64,000 bases of DNA from Eubacteriales bacterium (GTDB lineage Bacteria; Bacillota; Clostridia; Oscillospirales; CAG-272). The stretch spans positions 24,407 to 88,406 of the forward strand of contig JAZODF010000074.1 in NCBI GenBank assembly GCA_045596865.1, written 5' to 3'. The notes below the pieces were generated by a model. The model did not search any database, was not told the DNA's origin, and worked only from the letters and a program-made list of their open reading frames with translations. Positions 27,550-37,235 of this stretch are shown here, piece by piece. How positions within the stretch are numbered: the first letter of the stretch is position 1; each line of letters starts with the position of its first letter. Made by a program: the position numbers and the translations under genes.

Positions 27550-29088
27550 ATGAGAGCCACCAAAAACGGTCAGAAAGCCGACTCAAAAATGAAGCTTGTA
27601 TACCTCCCGCTCGACGAGCGGCCGTGTAATTACTACTTCGCCCCCCGAATCGCGAAGGGTAGCCCCATCGAGCTTGTCTGCCCGCCACGGGAAATGCTCG
27701 GTGATAAAAAAATTTCCGCCGACGTTACCGCGCTCGAGGCGTTTTTGCTTGATAGCGCCGCCACTGCGGACGGCTTCGTCATTTCCATCGATATGCTCCT
27801 CTACGGCGGAATCGTACCCTCCCGCCTCCATCACATGGGTGAGGAGGAGCTTGCCGCTCGCCTCGCGGTCATCGATAAAATCAAGCGGGTAAACCCCGCC
27901 GCGAAAATATACGCCTTCGCCCTCATTATGCGCTGTCCGAAATACTCGAGCGCGGACGAGGAGCCCGACTACTACGAGCACTGCGGCGTCGAGATTTTCC
28001 GCACGGGGCAGATCAAGCATAAGCGCGACCTCGGCCTCATCGACGGGGAAACCGCAGAGAGGGAGCTCGAGCAATACCGCGCGGTGATCGGTGACAATCT
28101 CTCCGACTTTGAGACGCGGCGCGTGACAAACCGCAATATGCTCATCCGCTCGATCAAAATGCTCGGCAAATCCATCGACTTTCTCGTCATCCCGCAGGAT
28201 GACTCCGCCGAATACGGCTACACCTCGATGGATAGAGAGAGTGTCAAAGAGGTCATCGCCGCCGAGGGTCTTTCCGACGTTGCGATGTACCCCGGTGCCG
28301 ACGAGGTCGGCATGACGTTACTCGCGCGCGCCGCCTGCGAATTTAAGGGCGTCACCCCGCGTATCGAGTGCATCTTTGCCCACGAAAATAACCCGAATAT
28401 CTACCCGCTCTACGAGGACAGGCCGCTTGGCAAAACCCTGCCGCACCAGATCGCGTCGGCGGGCTGCCTCATGCTGCCCGAGGGGGGAGAGTCGGATATC
28501 CGCCTTTACCTAAATTACCCCGCCTTCGACCCGCGCGATATTGCAGAGGGGCCGTCGGACGGCTATCTCTCGCGCGATATGAACGCCTTCTGTGACAAGA
28601 TCGCGGCAAGCATCCGTGAGGGCAGGGTTACCGCCATTGCCGACGGCGCCTACTGCAACGGTGGCGAGCGCGAGCTGCTCACCCTTATACAGGAGCGCGT
28701 CCCGCTCCTCTCGGTCTCGGCATACGCGGGCTGGAATACCTCCTCGAATACCCTCGGCACCGTGATCTGTCAGGCGGTGTTCGTCTACCTCTTCGGCGAC
28801 TCTTCGGACGAGCGTCGCTTCCTTGCCGAGCGAATTTTTGAGGACGTCGGCTATTGCGGCTTCGTCCGCCGCCACGTCACGAATAACGTCCTCCCATCCC
28901 TCGGTCTTAACTACTTCGACGCGGGCGGCAGCGACGGACAGGTCGCAGAAATCGTCCGTGCCGAGCTCGAAAAATTCATCACCGAAAATTACCCCGCGCT
29001 CCTCGAAAAATACGGGATCGACGTCTGCCGTATGCCTTGGCGACGGATGTTCGAGGTCGACCTCTCACTCCGTGAGACAGACGCCTGA
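27550..29088 (+). CDS. DUF4127-family protein
   Basis: The conserved family N-terminus MKLVYLPLDERPCNYYF begins at 27589. The in-frame ATG at 27550 has the better RBS (GAAAGGA 9 nt upstream), so the exact start is uncertain (27550 or 27589). No signal peptide. Confidence 0.7.
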   Translation: MRATKNGQKADSKMKLVYLPLDERPCNYYFAPRIAKGSPIELVCPPREMLGDKKISADVTALEAFLLDSAATADGFVISIDMLLYGGIVPSRLHHMGEEELAARLAVIDKIKRVNPAAKIYAFALIMRCPKYSSADEEPDYYEHCGVEIFRTGQIKHKRDLGLIDGETAERELEQYRAVIGDNLSDFETRRVTNRNMLIRSIKMLGKSIDFLVIPQDDSAEYGYTSMDRESVKEVIAAEGLSDVAMYPGADEVGMTLLARAACEFKGVTPRIECIFAHENNPNIYPLYEDRPLGKTLPHQIASAGCLMLPEGGESDIRLYLNYPAFDPRDIAEGPSDGYLSRDMNAFCDKIAASIREGRVTAIADGAYCNGGERELLTLIQERVPLLSVSAYAGWNTSSNTLGTVICQAVFVYLFGDSSDERRFLAERIFEDVGYCGFVRRHVTNNVLPSLGLNYFDAGGSDGQVAEIVRAELEKFITENYPALLEKYGIDVCRMPWRRMFEVDLSLRETDA

Positions 29089-29194
29089 GGGAGAACGGAT
29101 CTTCCCGTCACGGCAAAGCGAATAAGAAAAATCAGTAACAGATAAAACCACCGAAACAACCACCGAAACAAGCAAAGAATAACGCAAAAGAACT

Positions 29195-30328
29195 ATGGAA
29201 AATCAAATGAATTGCGCCGCGGCGCAGATGAAAAAGCAGATGCTCGGCGTTTGGCACAGACCCAACCCGAGGGATAACGAGAGGGACCTTGGCGAGCTTT
29301 GCCACCTCCTCGACAGATTCAAGAGTGCGGGAATCACCGCGGTGTTCCTTGAATCCTTCTTCCACGGAATGACCATCTTCAAGACCGATACCCTCCCGTA
29401 TTACAGGGGATTTGAGGGGCGCACCTACGGTGACTACCCCGACTATCTCACCGCCTTCGTTACCGAGGCGGGCAAAAGAGGTATCGACGTCCACGCCTGG
29501 GTGCAGGATTTTTACGTCGGCTGCAACGACGACGAGCAGATAATGCTCGACCACCCCGATTGGCTCTTACGGACACAGAGCGGCGACATCCGTCATAAGA
29601 CGGAGGGTGCGGGCTTCGGCGGCTACATCTTCCTCGACCCCGCGAATCCCGAGGTGCGCTCCTTCCTCGTCGACCTGTATGACGAGATGCTCACCCACGT
29701 TCCCGCCATTCGCGGACTCAACCTCGACTACATCCGCTATCCCATCTCGGATATTAACGAGAGCACCGACAGCGGCTACACCGACGTGTCGATGGACATC
29801 TTCGCTACGCGTCACGGCCTGACCCTCGATCCCGAGAATAAGCGTGAATCGCTCGTGAATATCATCCACGAGAGGGGTCTTTTGCCCGAGTGGGTCGCAC
29901 ACAGGGCGTATTTCATCACCGACTTCGTTAAGAGCGTGCGCGCAATGCTCCGCGAAAAGCACGAGGGCAAGCTCATATCCACCGCCGTCTTCCCCGAGCC
30001 CGACATCTCCTATATGCTCAAAAAGCAGGCGATCAGCGTCTGGCTCGACAAGGGCTACCTCGACTTCGTTACACCTATGGTGTACTTCTACGAAACCGAG
30101 CAGGTGTATAACGCCGTCGCGGGCATCAAGGCGCGCTGCAAGGGCGCCCTCTGCTACTCGGGTCTTTATACCACCTACCATTCACAGTCGACCGAGGACC
30201 TCGCCGCGCACATAGACGCGAGCCTGCGCGCGGGCGCCGACGGTGTCGTGCTCTTTGATTCTGCCAAGACCTTCGTCGAGGCAAAGGTGAATTACGAGGA
30301 GTTCCTCGCCGCGCGGGCAGGGAACTAA
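29195..30328 (+). CDS. Glycosyl-hydrolase-like 10 (GHL10 / DUF187, YngK-type) family protein, no signal peptide
   Basis: 377 aa. The TIM-barrel family blocks are VFLESFFHGMTIF, IDVHAWVQDFYVG and GLNLDYIRYP. The start codon is uncertain because there is no strong RBS. Confidence 0.7.
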   Translation: MENQMNCAAAQMKKQMLGVWHRPNPRDNERDLGELCHLLDRFKSAGITAVFLESFFHGMTIFKTDTLPYYRGFEGRTYGDYPDYLTAFVTEAGKRGIDVHAWVQDFYVGCNDDEQIMLDHPDWLLRTQSGDIRHKTEGAGFGGYIFLDPANPEVRSFLVDLYDEMLTHVPAIRGLNLDYIRYPISDINESTDSGYTDVSMDIFATRHGLTLDPENKRESLVNIIHERGLLPEWVAHRAYFITDFVKSVRAMLREKHEGKLISTAVFPEPDISYMLKKQAISVWLDKGYLDFVTPMVYFYETEQVYNAVAGIKARCKGALCYSGLYTTYHSQSTEDLAAHIDASLRAGADGVVLFDSAKTFVEAKVNYEEFLAARAGN

Positions 30329-30454
30329 ACCCCGCCGCAGGCGGCACCCCGTCGCCTGACGCCTTCGTCGGTATCCCCGACCCCCTGTCGCGTTTTCGGC
30401 ACTTCACCCCCTAATGATGCTAATAAAAAAGATAAATAGATTTCAGGAGGCTAT

Positions 30455-33400
30455 ATGAGAAAGCACTTAATGAAAATTGTCGTTTTCGCTCTGGTCCTCT
30501 CCATTCTCCTTATGTGCGGTATCGCGGTCAGCGCGGCACAGGAGGGCGAGTATGAGAGAAACCTCAGCAAGAGCGTTACGGCAACCGTAGGAGACAGGAC
30601 GCTCCAGGTTATCACCGACCCCGTGGTGTATTGGGAGGTCGCCTCGGGCGGATCTCTCGCTGACTATGAGATCAGATACGCTACCGTCGACGATAACGCG
30701 ACCGTCATCTACACCCCCTGGTACCCCGACACCACAACGGGTAGAGAGGGCTCCTTCGTCGAATACGTTTGCAAGGCAAACAGCGACGGCGCATACGTCG
30801 TCACCGAGGTCGTGACCGCCGAGGTCGGCAAGACCTACATCCCCGTTGGCGGCTTCGTTATCTCGGTCCCCACGGCACAGGATAACGGCTTTGCATCCGT
30901 TGGTGACACCGTGACCCTCGGCGGTGAGAAGATCGCCATCCCAACCCGCGCCGTCGAGTCTGACGAGCGCCGTATGGTCATCGACTACACCAACACCAAC
31001 CGCTCCGGCCCGATGGTCGTTTACTACGATTACCAGTTTGGTGAGAAGACGGGCACCAACCCCTTCGGCACCGAGGTCATCGTTCAGTACGATTTCGATG
31101 AAAAGACCTTTGAGGTCATTGATTTCCGTCCCTTCGGCATCGGCGACGATTCCGGCTCTACCATCCCCGATAACGGCTTCGTCCTCTCGGCATACGGACC
31201 CGGCTACCGTCAGCTCCTCGCCGCAGATGAGATCTTCGCAAAGGGCGACAAGGTGAGAATGGTCGGCTTCGACTACATCCGCTTCGGCGGCACGGTCGTC
31301 GGCGACTACGATTACGTCAACCCCACCAAGGAGGGCAACCCCGGCTCGATGGAGACCCCGACCGAGGAGTTCCCCGCATACCGCGGTGAAAACCAGACGA
31401 TGATCTACAAGGACGGCTGGAATTACAAGGATGCCGCGGGCACGGGCACCAACGTCTACGGATTTGAGGCGGCGGTCGATGCAAACGGCGTCGTCGTTGA
31501 GCTCGGCGTCAACGTATCGAAGATTCCCGAGGGCGGCTACGTCATCTCGGGTCACGGCAAGGGCCGCGACTTCATCCGTGCAAACGTCGTTCTCGGCGCT
31601 ACCGTCGTTCTTAACGAGAGCAATAAGACCTTTGCCGTCTCCACCACTCTTAACAGCTATTACGAAAACCTCGTCACCGACGTTGAGGCGGTTATCAGTG
31701 CCGCCGAAACGAGAATGAAGCAGCTCTATGACGTCGATACCGAAAGGCTCACCAAGGATATCGCCGACGTCAGGGTCGAGCTCCTCGCCCTCAAGGAGGT
31801 AAAGGAGGATATCGAGGTCGCACTCGAGGATCCGAACCTCACAGAGGAGGGAAGGGTCAGCCTTCTTATGAGCTACAATAACAGCCAGCTGAAGATCGAG
31901 AAGCTCCGCCAGCAGATCCTCGTCTCCTCCGCGGAGAGCAAGGCCGTGTCCGCAAGAGCGGTATGGCACAGACCCATCGAGGTCTCCTACGCCGACATCG
32001 AGACCAACGTCAAGATGTATAAGGAGATCGGCATCAACCTCATCTTCGTTGAAACGCTCTACAACGGCTACTCCGCCTTCAAGAGCGAGATTCCCGAGTT
32101 CCCCTATCACAAGAACCTCGCCGCCTCCTATGTGAGCGATGATGGCGAGACCTACGACGATTACCTCTCCGCGTTCGTCGCACTCTGCAAGGAATACGGC
32201 ATCGAGGTACACTCCTGGGTGGAGAACTTCTACGTCGGTATCGACCCCACCGCGGCGGTCGTTACCATGCACCCCGATTGGGTACAGTACAACGATGACG
32301 GCACCTACCTCCAGCGCAACGAGGGCGGCCTCTACATATTCATCGACCCCGCTAACAAGGAGGTGCAGGACACCCTCATCGCCTACTACAACGACCTCTT
32401 CGATAAGAACCCGGACGTCGCGGGTCTTAACCTCGACTACATCCGTTACCCCGTCTCCTCGAAGGATGAGGACACCGGATTTACCATCGAATCGATGAAG
32501 GGCTTCTACGAGGGCGTGATGGGCAAGACCTTCACCGCCAACCAGTCCTCCTCGAGAGAAAAGATGTATAACAAGTTCATCCAGCTCTTCGACAAGAACT
32601 ACCTCCTCGGCGGACAGGACGAGGCCGACGCCAACTACAAAAAGTGGGTTGAATACCGCATGGGCCTTATCACCGGCTACGTCAAGCGCATCAAGACGGA
32701 GATCAAGGACGAGCGCGGCATCATCCTCTCCACCTCCGTATTCGCCTCCCTTCAGGAGTCCACGAATATGAAGAAGCAGGATTGGCAGACCTGGTACCTC
32801 AACGGCTGGATCGATCTTGCTACCCCTATGGCGTACTACACAAACTCTGCAGACGTCTTAAAGAGGGTTAACGATATGATCCTCATGGGCGGTAACAACT
32901 GCCTCTACTACACCGGTATCGCCTCCTCGTACAGCGGCCTTCCCGCATGGCAGAACAAGGAGCATATCGAGGCGTCCTATCAGGCGGGCGCAAACGGCTA
33001 CGTCGTATTCTGCTCGACTCAGATCATCGGACACGAGGACGTACAGAACGCGCTTAAGAGCGGCGTTAACAGCAAGTGGGGCACCCTTCCTCACGCACCC
33101 ATCGCAGACCTGCTTGCCGCAACGCGCGAGGACCTCGCATCCAAGGCCGACAGGATCTACATCCCCGCGGGCGGCATGACCGCGGAGCAGAAGGCGGCAC
33201 TCACCGCGGCTATCACCGAGCTTGAGGGAATGAGCGCCGACACCGCCGTCGACATCTACAAGATAATGAAGAAGGTCGAGACTCTTGCAAAGAGCGGTGT
33301 GAAGGATATGGCGAAGGGCTACTCCCGCCAGAGAATCACCGAGCAGCTGAACGAGCTTGCCGACATCCTCGACGCACGCATCTCGATGGAGCTCATCGCC

Positions 33401-33718
33401 GACGGCGAATGGGATCCCGAACAGAACAGAACCCGTCCCACCGTTACCGAAAACGGCGTGGTATTCCCCTCCGACCACAAGTGCGAGCATAAGTGTGACA
33501 GGTGCGGCAAGTGCCTCGACACCGAGTGCACCGAGACCGTCTGCGCATCCAAGTGCCAGGGTCACAACGCACCCACCCCGCCCGCAGGCGACAAGACCGA
33601 GCCCGATAAGGGCAACTACACCGGCATCATCGTCGGCGCGGTCATCGTCGTGCTCGTCCTTATCGGCACGGGCGTTGCAATGTTCTTCATCGTGAAGAAG
33701 AAGGGTCAGGCGGGCTAA
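30455..33718 (+). CDS. Large surface protein: signal peptide, unknown N-terminal beta-rich repeats, coiled coil, GHL10 domain, Cys-rich module, C-terminal TM anchor
   Basis: 1087 aa with AGGAGG RBS. The signal peptide is MRKHLMKIVVFALVLSILLMCGIAVSAAQ. The GHL10 blocks are INLIFVETLYNGYSAF, IEVHSWVENFYVG and GLNLDYIRYP. The Cys module is HKCEHKCDRCGKCLDTECTETVCASKCQGH (33476-33565). The TM anchor is GIIVGAVIVVLVLIGTGVAMFFIV followed by KKKG. Confidence 0.8.
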   Translation: MRKHLMKIVVFALVLSILLMCGIAVSAAQEGEYERNLSKSVTATVGDRTLQVITDPVVYWEVASGGSLADYEIRYATVDDNATVIYTPWYPDTTTGREGSFVEYVCKANSDGAYVVTEVVTAEVGKTYIPVGGFVISVPTAQDNGFASVGDTVTLGGEKIAIPTRAVESDERRMVIDYTNTNRSGPMVVYYDYQFGEKTGTNPFGTEVIVQYDFDEKTFEVIDFRPFGIGDDSGSTIPDNGFVLSAYGPGYRQLLAADEIFAKGDKVRMVGFDYIRFGGTVVGDYDYVNPTKEGNPGSMETPTEEFPAYRGENQTMIYKDGWNYKDAAGTGTNVYGFEAAVDANGVVVELGVNVSKIPEGGYVISGHGKGRDFIRANVVLGATVVLNESNKTFAVSTTLNSYYENLVTDVEAVISAAETRMKQLYDVDTERLTKDIADVRVELLALKEVKEDIEVALEDPNLTEEGRVSLLMSYNNSQLKIEKLRQQILVSSAESKAVSARAVWHRPIEVSYADIETNVKMYKEIGINLIFVETLYNGYSAFKSEIPEFPYHKNLAASYVSDDGETYDDYLSAFVALCKEYGIEVHSWVENFYVGIDPTAAVVTMHPDWVQYNDDGTYLQRNEGGLYIFIDPANKEVQDTLIAYYNDLFDKNPDVAGLNLDYIRYPVSSKDEDTGFTIESMKGFYEGVMGKTFTANQSSSREKMYNKFIQLFDKNYLLGGQDEADANYKKWVEYRMGLITGYVKRIKTEIKDERGIILSTSVFASLQESTNMKKQDWQTWYLNGWIDLATPMAYYTNSADVLKRVNDMILMGGNNCLYYTGIASSYSGLPAWQNKEHIEASYQAGANGYVVFCSTQIIGHEDVQNALKSGVNSKWGTLPHAPIADLLAATREDLASKADRIYIPAGGMTAEQKAALTAAITELEGMSADTAVDIYKIMKKVETLAKSGVKDMAKGYSRQRITEQLNELADILDARISMELIADGEWDPEQNRTRPTVTENGVVFPSDHKCEHKCDRCGKCLDTECTETVCASKCQGHNAPTPPAGDKTEPDKGNYTGIIVGAVIVVLVLIGTGVAMFFIVKKKGQAG

Positions 33719-33998
33719 CCCGTTAAAGGGTGATGTGCACCTAAGTCCCACCCCGTGTTAAATTATCCGCGGCTAATGCGCGATTATCTACACCTTGTTT
33801 TACACCGTTGTTAACGGCAAAATGCAAACCTATTGTTTACAAAAAAGCACCCACCCGCCCGCATAACGGGCGGATGGGGACCCCCGAAATGCGTATCCCG
33901 CTCCTCCACTCCTCCTAGTGCACGCATTTCAGTCAAAACGGTTTTTTGATGTTAGACATCTTAAAAATAAAATAAATTTTAAATCAGGAGGCACACAA

Positions 33999-36900
33999 AT
34001 GAAAATGTCAAAAATTTTGACACTGATCGCAGTGGTAATGGTACTCGTTCTTGCCTTTACTGCCTGCGGTCCCAAGGACCAGCCCAATGCGGAGCACAAG
34101 TGCGAGAGCGCGTGTGAGACCTGCGGCAAGTGTACCGATGCATCTTGCACCGAGGACGCCTGCAAGGGCAAGTGCGAGGGTCATGACCCCGCACCCGTTG
34201 AGACAACGCCCTCTATCAGCGTTGTTCCCCCCGCGATCGAGATCCACGCGGGCGACGAGATCGACCTCATGTTCGGTGTTACCGTAACCGACGAGGGCGA
34301 CGATGCTCCCACCCTCATTATTGAGGACGACGACGGCTTCGACGCCGAGGTCGTTGGAAGCTACACCATCACCTACAAGGCACAGAACAAGTACGGCAAG
34401 ACCGCTACCGCGACCCGTACCGTAACCGTCCTTGAGGCACTCTCCGCTCTTTCTCTCGAGGTCAGAGCTAACAGACTCGGCGAGAATAAGTGGGCAGGCA
34501 ACATCCTCTCCTTCAAGAACAACGAGTTCGTCACCATCACCGCTAATTACGTTTCCGACGTGGCAATCAGCGGCGTATTCTACAACGCATCCGAGTCCGA
34601 GCTCACCGTGAGCATCACGGGTCAGTACGGCGTTGCCGCTATCATCGACGCTAACGGCTTCGTTCTCGAGGGCCGCGACGGCGCGAACGGCAAGCTCGTT
34701 AATCAGGCTAACCCCGACAGAACCGCAAGCTCGGTTTCCACCATTCAGGTTGGTGATGAGTCCGTTTCCGTAGTAAGCGCATTTGCAAAGAACCTCGTGG
34801 TTCCCGCAGGCGGCTATGCTATCGTTGTTCAGAACGGCTACTGCGGCACCACCGTTGATACCGACGGCCGCGGCTTCATGAACTACAACGTTATTTACCA
34901 GTACGGCAACGTTGTTCGCCTCGTATGGGCTGACAGCGCCGAGGTACTCACCCCCTACGTTGACCAGGCTCCCGTAATCACCGGCCACGGCAACAAGGTT
35001 CTCGCTAATTACACCGACGCCGAGTTCGTTCTCGCCGACGCTATCGCAGCGGGCCTCACCGTAACCGACGATAACGGTACCTTCGATCCCTCCGATGACG
35101 TTGTTCTCACCGTTTCGGTTACCGACAACGGCGGCTTCGACATCAACACCGTCGGCTCCTACACCGTAACCATCACCGCAACCGACGGCACCCTTACCAC
35201 CACCGTTACCCGCGTTGTTGACGTTGTTGACAACCTCGTTAGCGTTATGGTAAACGATAAGGCGTTCAGCCTTCTTCCCGACAAGATCGCAATCGACGAG
35301 GACCTCACCAAGCTCGGCTCCTACCTCTTCGTCGTTTACACTCCCGAGTACACCGGCACTCTCAACTGGACCAACGGCTGGGGTGAGGCGTTCATCCTCA
35401 ACCAGTACGGCCAGGTTATCCGTATCTACGACGGCGCTAACGGCAAGTACTACGATGCTGACAACACCGCGGGTGTTGTTGACGCTACCAAGTGCACCGC
35501 GGCAGGATACCTCACCGAGGCATTCGCCTCCCGTCAGGCAGGCGAGTATATGATCGTTGCTCCCAACGGCACCGCCGGCAACCTCTCCCGTGCGTTCCTT
35601 CTCGGTAACCGTACCATCGGCGCACAGCTTACCATCCCCGGCATCACCTTCCCGAATGCTCCTCACACCTGCGAGAGCAAGTGTGACAAGTGCGGCAAGT
35701 GCCTTGATGCAGAGTGCACCGAGTCCGTCTGCGCCGAGAAGTGCGAGGGCCACGCTCACGAGTGTGAGAGCGTATGTGCAACCTGTGGCAAGTGCCAGGA
35801 TGCAGAGTGCACCGAGGCCGTTTGCGCTGAGAAGTGCGCGTGCCACGAGTGCGAGAGCGTATGCGAGCATTGCGGCGGCTGTACCGATGCTGAGTGCACT
35901 CAGGCTGCCTGCGCAACCAAGTGCCCCGGCCACGTTGGCTCCATGTTCGTTACCATCGGCTCGAAGAAGTACGAGGCGCTGAGCGGCAAGTGGGCTATCA
36001 ACGAGACCATCACCACCTCCACCGCGGCTAACAAGGCGGTTTGGGTATTCACCAAGGATTACACCGGTGAGTTCTCCACCAACGGCTACGGCGCGGCAGT
36101 TATCCTTGACCAGTACGGCAGAGTTCTCAGAATTTACGACGGTGCTAACGCAGGTTATACCGACGCAGAGTCCGGCGTTAACAACAAGGACCACGGCGTA
36201 ACAACAGGCAATTATGCTACTCTCGCATGGGAGAGCCTTCAGGCGGGCGAGTACCTCGTTGTACTTCCCAACGGTGGCTCCACCGATAACGAGGCACGCA
36301 AGCTCGGTCTTGACTGCCGTTGGCTCATCGGCCAGAAGATGAATCTTACAGGCGTTGAGTTTGCATCTACCACCATGACCATCACGATCGGCTCCAAGAC
36401 CTACACCGCTGAGCTTGGCAAGTGGGCTGTTAACGAGACCATCACCACTAATACCGCGGCTAACAAGGCTATCTGGGTATTCACCAAGGATTACACCGGT
36501 GACTTCACCACCAACGGCTACGGCGTAGCAGTTGTTCTTGATCAGTTCGGCAGAGTTGTAAGAGTTTACGACGGCGCTAACGCAGGCTACACCGACAAGG
36601 ATTCGGGCGTTAACAACAAGGACCACGGCGTAACAACAGGCAATTATGCTACCCTCGCATGGGAAAGCCTTCAGGCAGGCGAGACTCTCGTAGTGCTTCC
36701 TAACGGCGGCACCGAGGGCAACGTAGCCCGTCAGGTTGGCCTTGATTGCCGTTTCCTCATCGGTCAGAAGATGTCCGTAACCGGCATCAAGTTCCTCGAG
36801 ACCGAGATGACCATCCAGATCGGCGCGAAGACCTACACCGCCGAGCTTGGCAAGTGGGCAATCAACGAGACTATCACCACCTCCACCGCGGCAAGCAAGG

Positions 36901-37235
36901 CTATCTGGGTATTCACCAAGGATTACTCCGGTGAGTTCTCCACCAACGGCTACGGCTGTGCAGTTATCCTTGACGCTGAGGGTAAGGTTCTCAGAATTTA
37001 CGACGGCGCAAACGCAGGCTATACCGATAAGGATTCGGGCGTTAACAACAAGGACCACGGCGTAACCACAGACAACTACGCTACCCTCGCATGGGAAAGC
37101 CTCCAGGAGGGCGAGACTCTCGTCGTTCTTCCTAACGGCGGCTCTACCGATAACGCAGCACGCAAGGTCGGCCTTGATTGTCGTTGGCTCATCGGCCAGA
37201 AGATGACCATCACCAACGTTGACTTCGCAGGCTAA
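33999..37235 (+). CDS. Large lipoprotein: four Cys-rich modules, two Ig-like (DUF5011-type) domains, five copies of an unknown ~140-aa domain
   Basis: Track ORF trimmed to the ATG at 33999 (AGGAGG 8 nt upstream). The lipobox-like signal is MKMSKILTLIAVVMVLVLAFTAC. Cys modules lie at 34095-34184 and 35664-35933. The Ig-like blocks are ...VVGSYTITYKAQNKYGKTATATRTVTV and ...TVGSYTVTITATDG. Three 432-bp tandem repeats lie at the 3' end. Confidence 0.8.
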   Translation: MKMSKILTLIAVVMVLVLAFTACGPKDQPNAEHKCESACETCGKCTDASCTEDACKGKCEGHDPAPVETTPSISVVPPAIEIHAGDEIDLMFGVTVTDEGDDAPTLIIEDDDGFDAEVVGSYTITYKAQNKYGKTATATRTVTVLEALSALSLEVRANRLGENKWAGNILSFKNNEFVTITANYVSDVAISGVFYNASESELTVSITGQYGVAAIIDANGFVLEGRDGANGKLVNQANPDRTASSVSTIQVGDESVSVVSAFAKNLVVPAGGYAIVVQNGYCGTTVDTDGRGFMNYNVIYQYGNVVRLVWADSAEVLTPYVDQAPVITGHGNKVLANYTDAEFVLADAIAAGLTVTDDNGTFDPSDDVVLTVSVTDNGGFDINTVGSYTVTITATDGTLTTTVTRVVDVVDNLVSVMVNDKAFSLLPDKIAIDEDLTKLGSYLFVVYTPEYTGTLNWTNGWGEAFILNQYGQVIRIYDGANGKYYDADNTAGVVDATKCTAAGYLTEAFASRQAGEYMIVAPNGTAGNLSRAFLLGNRTIGAQLTIPGITFPNAPHTCESKCDKCGKCLDAECTESVCAEKCEGHAHECESVCATCGKCQDAECTEAVCAEKCACHECESVCEHCGGCTDAECTQAACATKCPGHVGSMFVTIGSKKYEALSGKWAINETITTSTAANKAVWVFTKDYTGEFSTNGYGAAVILDQYGRVLRIYDGANAGYTDAESGVNNKDHGVTTGNYATLAWESLQAGEYLVVLPNGGSTDNEARKLGLDCRWLIGQKMNLTGVEFASTTMTITIGSKTYTAELGKWAVNETITTNTAANKAIWVFTKDYTGDFTTNGYGVAVVLDQFGRVVRVYDGANAGYTDKDSGVNNKDHGVTTGNYATLAWESLQAGETLVVLPNGGTEGNVARQVGLDCRFLIGQKMSVTGIKFLETEMTIQIGAKTYTAELGKWAINETITTSTAASKAIWVFTKDYSGEFSTNGYGCAVILDAEGKVLRIYDGANAGYTDKDSGVNNKDHGVTTDNYATLAWESLQEGETLVVLPNGGSTDNAARKVGLDCRWLIGQKMTITNVDFAG
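35943..37232 (+). repeat. Three in-frame 432-bp (144-aa) tandem repeats inside the lipoprotein gene
   Basis: Units start at 35943 (MFVTIGSKKYEAL..), 36375 (MTITIGSKTYTAEL..) and 36807 (MTIQIGAKTYTAEL..). Long identical stretches include WVFTKDYTG.F.TNGYG.AV.LD..G.V.R.YDGANAGYTD..SGVNNKDHGVTT.NYATLAWESLQ.GE.LVVLPNGG. Confidence 0.92.
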
